NCBI GenBank assembly: GCA_963813335.1
Contig: CAWEYL010000003.1
Location: forward strand, 416,001-480,000
Source of the DNA: an uncultured Chloroflexia bacterium
Lineage (GTDB): Bacteria > Chloroflexota > Limnocylindria > Limnocylindrales > CSP1-4
Direction: 5' to 3'
DNA length: 64,000 nucleotides
Position 1 is the first letter of the stretch. The number at the start of each line of letters is the position of its first letter. This document shows, piece by piece, positions 59,162 to 64,000 of the stretch. A program made the translations under genes and the position numbers. A model generated the notes under the pieces. That model saw only the letters and a program-made list of their open reading frames with translations, made no database searches and was not told the origin of the DNA.

Positions 59162-60760
59162 ATGCCCGTCCTGCGCAGCCGGCTGGACCCGAACGCCTCG
59201 GAGACGCGCGCCAACCACGAGGCGATGGCGGCGCTGGTCGACGACCTGCGAGCCCGCCAGGCCGCCGTCGCGGGTCGCGGGGCCGGCGGCGACGACCGCT
59301 CGATCGAGCGCCATCGCGAGCGCGGCAAGCTCCCGGTCCGCGAGCGCATCGACCGGCTCATCGACCCGGGATCGGCCTTCCTGGAGCTGAGCCCGCTGGC
59401 CGCCACCGGCCTCTACGACGACGACGCGCCCGGCGCGGGGATCGTCACCGGCATCGGCCGGATCGAGGGCACGACCTGCGTGGTCGTCGCCAACGACGCG
59501 ACGGTCAAGGGCGGCACCTACTACCCGATGACCGTCAAGAAGCACCTCCGCGCGCAGGAGATCGCGCTCGAGAACCGCCTGCCGTGCCTCTACCTCGTCG
59601 ACAGCGGCGGCGCGTTCCTCCCGCTCCAGGCGGAGGTCTTCCCGGACCGCGACCACTTCGGCCGCATCTTCTACAACCAGGCGCGGATGTCCGCCGCCGG
59701 GATCCCGCAGGTCGCGCTCGTCATGGGCAGTTGCACGGCCGGCGGCGCCTACGTCCCCGCGATGAGCGACGAGACCGTCATCGTCAAGGGCACCGGCACG
59801 ATCTTCCTCGGCGGCCCGCCGCTGGTGAAGGCGGCGACCGGCGAGGACGTCACGCCCGAGGAGCTCGGCGGGTCCGCGGTCCACACCCGGCTGTCCGGCG
59901 TCGCCGACCACGAGGCGCTCGACGACGAGCACGCGCTGGCGCTCGGCCGGTCCATCGTGTCGAACCTGAACCGCCGACCGCCGGCGCCGCCCTGGGACCG
60001 CCGCGAGGTCGAGGCACCGGCCGTCGACCCGGCCGGGCTCTACGGCTCGGTCTCGCTCGACCCGCGCCGGCCGGTCCCGGTCCGCGAGATCATCGCCCGG
60101 CTCGTCGACGGCTCGCGCTTCCACGAGTTCAAGCCGCTCTACGGCGACACGCTGGTCACCGGCTTCGCCCACCTCGCCGGCTACCCGGTCGCGATCATCG
60201 CCAACGACGGGATCCTCTTCAGCCAGTCGTCGCTCAAGGGCGCGCACTTCATCGAGCTCGCGTGCCAGCGCCGGATCCCGCTGGTCTTCCTCCAGAACAT
60301 CACCGGGTTCATGGTCGGCCGCGAGTACGAGGAGGCCGGCATCGCCAAGGACGGCGCGAAGCTGGTCACGGCGGTCGCCTCGGCGGAGGTCCCCAAGTTC
60401 ACGGTGCTCATCGGCGGCAGCTTCGGGGCCGGCAACTACGCGATGGCGGGCCGCGCCTACCAGCCGCGGTTCCTGTGGTCCTGGCCGAACAGCCGCATCA
60501 GCGTGATGGGCGGCCAGCAGGCGGCCCGCGTCCTCTCGACGGTCCGGGGCGGGTTCGCCGACGACGCCGAGCGCGACGCCTTCGAGGCGCCGATCCTCGA
60601 GACCTACGAGCGCGAGGGCTCGCCGTACTTCGCGACGGCCCGGCTCTGGGACGACGGGGTCATCGACCCGCTGGACACGCGGCGCATCCTGACGATGGGC
60701 ATCGAGGCGGCGCTCCACGCGCCGATCCCCGAGACCCGCTTCGGGGTCTTCCGGATGTGA
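59162..60760 (+). CDS. mccB: Methylcrotonoyl-CoA carboxylase carboxyltransferase (beta) subunit
   Basis: [92 protein letters not shown]. Confidence 0.93.
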   Translation: MPVLRSRLDPNASETRANHEAMAALVDDLRARQAAVAGRGAGGDDRSIERHRERGKLPVRERIDRLIDPGSAFLELSPLAATGLYDDDAPGAGIVTGIGRIEGTTCVVVANDATVKGGTYYPMTVKKHLRAQEIALENRLPCLYLVDSGGAFLPLQAEVFPDRDHFGRIFYNQARMSAAGIPQVALVMGSCTAGGAYVPAMSDETVIVKGTGTIFLGGPPLVKAATGEDVTPEELGGSAVHTRLSGVADHEALDDEHALALGRSIVSNLNRRPPAPPWDRREVEAPAVDPAGLYGSVSLDPRRPVPVREIIARLVDGSRFHEFKPLYGDTLVTGFAHLAGYPVAIIANDGILFSQSSLKGAHFIELACQRRIPLVFLQNITGFMVGREYEEAGIAKDGAKLVTAVASAEVPKFTVLIGGSFGAGNYAMAGRAYQPRFLWSWPNSRISVMGGQQAARVLSTVRGGFADDAERDAFEAPILETYEREGSPYFATARLWDDGVIDPLDTRRILTMGIEAALHAPIPETRFGVFRM

Positions 60761-60798
60761 ATCCGCGGCGTCTCGCCGCGGTCCGCTAGCATCCGCGG

Positions 60799-61567
60799 GT
60801 GCCGACCGTCAGCCGTCTCAGCATCGCGCCCGTGCGCAGCCTCGGGCTGGAGCACCGCGACGAGATCCGCCTCGAGGAGAAGGGCGTCCTCGAGGACCGG
60901 CGGTTCTTCGTCATCGACGCGACGAACCGCCTGATCGACCAGCTGATCGAGGGCACGCTCGTCCAGGTCACGGCGTGGACCGACCCGGAGGCCACGATCC
61001 TGCGGCTCACGTTCCCGGACGGCACGGTCGTCGAGGACGCGGTCGAGCTCGCCGAGCCCATCGTGACCGCGATCCACAAGCGCACCGGGGTGGGCCACGT
61101 CGTGGTCGGGCCGTGGGGTCCGGCCCTCTCCGACTTCCTCGGCCGCGAGGTCCGGTTCGTCCGCTGCGACCAGCCGGGCGGGACGCGCATCGCCCATCCG
61201 GCCTCGCTCGTCACGGACGGCTCGATCGAGGCGCTCGCCGGCGTCCTCGGCGCCGGCGACATCGATGCCCGCCGCTTCCGGATGCTCATCGAGCTCGAGG
61301 GCGGGCGCGCCCACGAGGAGGACACCTGGGTCGGCTGCCGGGTCGCGCTCGGCGAGCGCGATCCTGCGCATCAGCGCGCCCGTGCCGCGCTGCGCGATGA
61401 CCACCCACGACCCGGCGACCGGCCACCGCGACCTCGACACCCTCCGCGCGATCAAGGACTACCGCGGCCTCGTCGACGGCAAGGACCTGATGTTCGGCGT
61501 GTGGGGCGAGGTCGAGCGGCCCGGGACCATCCGCCTCGGCGACCGCGTCCAGGTGCTGCCCGACTGA
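60799..61567 (+). CDS. MOSC domain protein; frameshift near 61358
   Basis: LSIAPVRS, DRRF, RRFRMLIEL, HEEDTW, then PVPRCAMTTHDPATG...GTIRLGDRV. Confidence 0.87.
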
Positions 61568-61591
61568 CCGGCTGCGGCCCGGGGGTCTGAG

Positions 61592-62153
61592 CTAGTCGGT
61601 GCGCTGGCCCGCCTGACCGGGCTGTTCGGTGGCAGCGGCCGGCGCGCCACCGCGGCGGACGAGGACGACCCAGGCGATCGAGGCCAGCGCGATCAGCGGC
61701 GAGACCCGCACCGCCGCGAAGACCCCGTCGCGCAGGACCGCCCCGGCCATGTCCGCGCCCTGGCCGAGCGGGTCCGTGCCGGCCGACCCGTAGATGGCGA
61801 CGACCAGGCTGGTCGCGAGGAACACGCCGAACATCGCCGAGACCACCGCGAAGAACGGGGCGCCGATCCCGATCGCCACCCCGGCGCTGATCGCCGATCC
61901 GCGCGAGCCGAGCGCGGCCGGCGTGAGCGCGGCGCCGAGCAGCGCGAGCCCCGGGAGCGCCATCGACCACCACCCAGACGCCCGCGCCGCCCGGGGCGCC
62001 GAGCCCTTCCGGCGGGGCGACGGAGACCGCGATCGCGACCACGATCCCGAACAGAAGACCGGCCAGCAGCGAGCCGCGGCGGGCGGCCCGGATCAACGCG
62101 AGCCGACGGCCGGTGGGGTCGGGCCGCCAGTTCGGGTCGGTCGGGGCGGTCAT
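61592..62153 (-). CDS. Hypothetical 4-TM membrane protein; frameshift near 61965
   Basis: MTAPTDPNWRPDP...GSLLAGLLFGIVVAIAV, continues in ORF 61592..61963. Confidence 0.55.
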
Positions 62154-62261
62154 CGGCGGTCCGTCGAACTGGTCCTGGTCCACGCTCGCGAGCCTAGCAG
62201 CGGCCGCGCGGCGTGGCCCCGTGACGTTCGGTGGGGCCGGATGGGTCGTTAGGATGACGTC

Positions 62262-63071
62262 GTGCCGCACACCGTCCGCCTCGAACGCACCGGCCCGGGT
62301 GGCGTCGTCGCCCGGGTGACGCTGTCGCGGCCCGACGTCCACAACGCCTTCGACGCGACGCTCATCGCCGAGCTGCGGACCGCGTTCGCGATCCTCGCCC
62401 GTGAGGGTCCGGCCACGATGCGCGCCGTCGTCCTGACCGGCGACGGGCCGTCGTTCAGCGCCGGCGCCGACATCAACTGGATGCGCGCCGCGATGTCGCT
62501 CGATGTCGAGGGCAACGAGCAGGACGCGATGGCGATGGCCGACATGCTCGAGACCGTGGACACGTGTCCCGTGCCGGTGATCGCGCGGGTCCACGGCGCG
62601 GCGCTCGGCGGCGGGATGGGGCTGTGCGCCGTCGCGGATCTCGTCATCGCCGAGAGCGGGACCCGGTTCGGCTTCACCGAGACGCGCCTCGGGATCCTGC
62701 CGGCGGTCATCTCGCCGTTCGTCATCGCCAAGATCGGCGAGAGCCACGCGCGGGCGCTGTTCCCGGGCGGCCGCCGCATCGATGCCATCCGCGCCCAGCG
62801 GATCGGCCTGGTGCACGAGGTCGTCGAGGGCGAGGAGGCGCTGGACGCCGCCGTCGACGCGGCCGTCGCGGACCTGCTGCTGGCCGGCCCGACGGCGGCG
62901 CGTGCCGCGAAGGCGATCGTCCGCGAGGTGCGCGGCCTGGGCCACGGATCGTCGAAGTGGCACACGGCGCGGGTCATCGCCCGGCAGCGCGTCAGCGAGG
63001 AGGCGCGCGAGGGCTTCGCCGCCTACGACGAGCATCGACCGCCGTCATGGGCACCCGACAAGGAGACGTGA
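62262..63071 (+). CDS. liuC: Enoyl-CoA hydratase family protein, probable methylglutaconyl-CoA hydratase
   Basis: RPDVHNAFD, FSAGADINWM, GAALGGGMGL, FTETRLGILPAVISPFV, SEEAREG; mcc gene context. Confidence 0.85.
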   Translation: MPHTVRLERTGPGGVVARVTLSRPDVHNAFDATLIAELRTAFAILAREGPATMRAVVLTGDGPSFSAGADINWMRAAMSLDVEGNEQDAMAMADMLETVDTCPVPVIARVHGAALGGGMGLCAVADLVIAESGTRFGFTETRLGILPAVISPFVIAKIGESHARALFPGGRRIDAIRAQRIGLVHEVVEGEEALDAAVDAAVADLLLAGPTAARAAKAIVREVRGLGHGSSKWHTARVIARQRVSEEAREGFAAYDEHRPPSWAPDKET

Positions 63072-63575
63072 CGCCGGACGGGCCGGTCGTGGCGTGCGTC
63101 GGCTGCGGCGGCCTCGTCCCGGACATCGACGGCCCGACGCACCGCTACCTCGAGAGCTCACCGGGATGCTGGGCGATCTACTCGGCGCTGCCCTATGGCG
63201 GCATGGCCGGTCCAGCCGAGCAGCCATATGCCTCGATGATGGTCGACGCGTACGCGGTGCAGCACCCCGGCCGGCCGGGCCGCTCGTCGACCCCGTCCGT
63301 CTGGATCCACCTCGCGGCGATGCACCTCGTGCTCCGGCGTGGCTGGCCGGCCGAACGCCTCATCGAGATCCGCCGCGTCGCCGCCGACGCCTACGACGGG
63401 TGGCCGTGGCTCACGCCGCCGGCATCGATGGGGCCGGTCACGGCCGTCGACGTGGCAGCGGCGCCGGCAAGCGAGGTCGCCGACCGCGTTCGTGCCTGGG
63501 TCGAGGGCGCGAGCGCCGCGTGGACGGCCCACGACCCCGAGATCGCAGGCGCTGACGGAGCGGCTCTTCGGCTGA
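63068..63575 (+). CDS. DUF5946-like protein; frameshift near 63550
   Basis: CVGCG, GPTHRYLESSPGCW, VDAYAVQHP, SVWIHL, WLTPP; GTG overlaps the liuC stop. Confidence 0.75.
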
Positions 63576-63611
63576 TCGCTCGGCGCTCGATATGCGACGA
63601 TCGCGACACAC

Positions 63612-64000
63612 ATGGCCGAGGAACTGAGCCCGAGCGAGGTCGCGCGACGTCTGGGGACGTCGACGCGGACCGTCCAGCGCTGGATCGAGAGCGGGAAGCT
63701 GCCCGCGCGACGCGTTGGCGGACGCTGGCGTGTCGCGAATGTCGCGTTTGACGCGTTCGAGCGCGATACGGCGGCCGGGCGACGGGCGCCGCGAGCCCGA
63801 TCCGGCGCCTCTTCGTGGCCAACCGCGGCGAGATCGCGGCACGGATCCAGCGGACGTGCGACCGCCTCGGGATCGTGGCCGTCCTGCCCGTCACCGACGG
63901 CCCGGATGCGCTCGACCTGCTCGACATCGATGCCGTGGTCGCGGCGGCCCGTTCGGCCGGCGCCGACGCGGTCCACCCCGGGTTCGGGTTCCTGGCCGAG
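63612..64000 (+). CDS. Excisionase/MerR-like HTH joined (via an indel at about 63760-63795) to a biotin carboxylase, probable MccA/LiuD; truncated by the window edge
   Basis: [41 protein letters not shown], then [20 protein letters not shown]...[13 protein letters not shown] in the adjacent frame, which has no start codon of its own. Confidence 0.8.
   Translation, partial: MAEELSPSEVARRLGTSTRTVQRWIESGKLPARRVGGRWRVANVAFDAFERDTAAGRRAPRARSGASSWPTAARSRHGSSGRATASGSWPSCPSPTARMRSTCSTSMPWSRRPVRPAPTRSTPGSGSWP

Noticed and set aside
63612-63760. HTH as a prophage excisionase
   Set aside because: No integrase or phage genes nearby; it sits within the liu/mcc cluster and runs into the carboxylase.
1-64000. 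Many long antisense or alternate-frame ORFs in the track (e.g. 3701..6367 +, 13111..15837 +, 39285..42329 -, 41788..44781 -)
   Set aside because: Shadow ORFs expected from stop-codon scarcity at high GC; they lack recognisable motifs and overlap well-supported genes.

Overview
Very GC-rich bacterial chromosomal segment. The gene content (Ycf45/R3H ATPase, DarA, UPF0182, GuaB3, pdxST, mreBC, DUF3048, F420-type oxidoreductases) suggests a monoderm soil or freshwater organism, most likely Chloroflexota; this is an inference, not a phylogenetic result. I found no rRNA, tRNA, CRISPR array, prophage or transposase. In order: a DUF3048 gene; a long minus-strand envelope cluster (radC, cvpA, mreB, mreC, rmlA-B-D-C, two secreted FlgD-Ig-repeat enzymes, a polyprenol-phosphate-mannose synthase and a GT4); a zinc-ribbon/UPF0182/CPBP membrane cluster; guaA and guaB3 flanking accessory genes; hicAB-dinB-nudix; darA, a GGDEF gene, an ECF sigma/anti-sigma pair and tmk; a Ni/Co transporter; tldD-pmbA; pdxST; an XRE-nucleotidyltransferase pair; and a leucine-catabolism (liu/mcc) cluster that runs off the right edge. 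Roughly 17-20 single-base frameshifts interrupt otherwise intact genes and look like long-read consensus errors, so many calls are reconstructed across frames. Most notable observations: an excisionase/BldC-type HTH apparently fused to the biotin carboxylase subunit and flanked by inverted operator-like sites; a GGTRAG-N5-GGTGAG-N10-TAGNNT promoter architecture shared by radC and hicAB; a nested palindromic intergenic element at 47.4-47.7 kb; a putative clan-CD cysteine protease paired with a GH18 enzyme; a small-protein/paralogous membrane-protein operon; and widespread apparently leaderless promoters.
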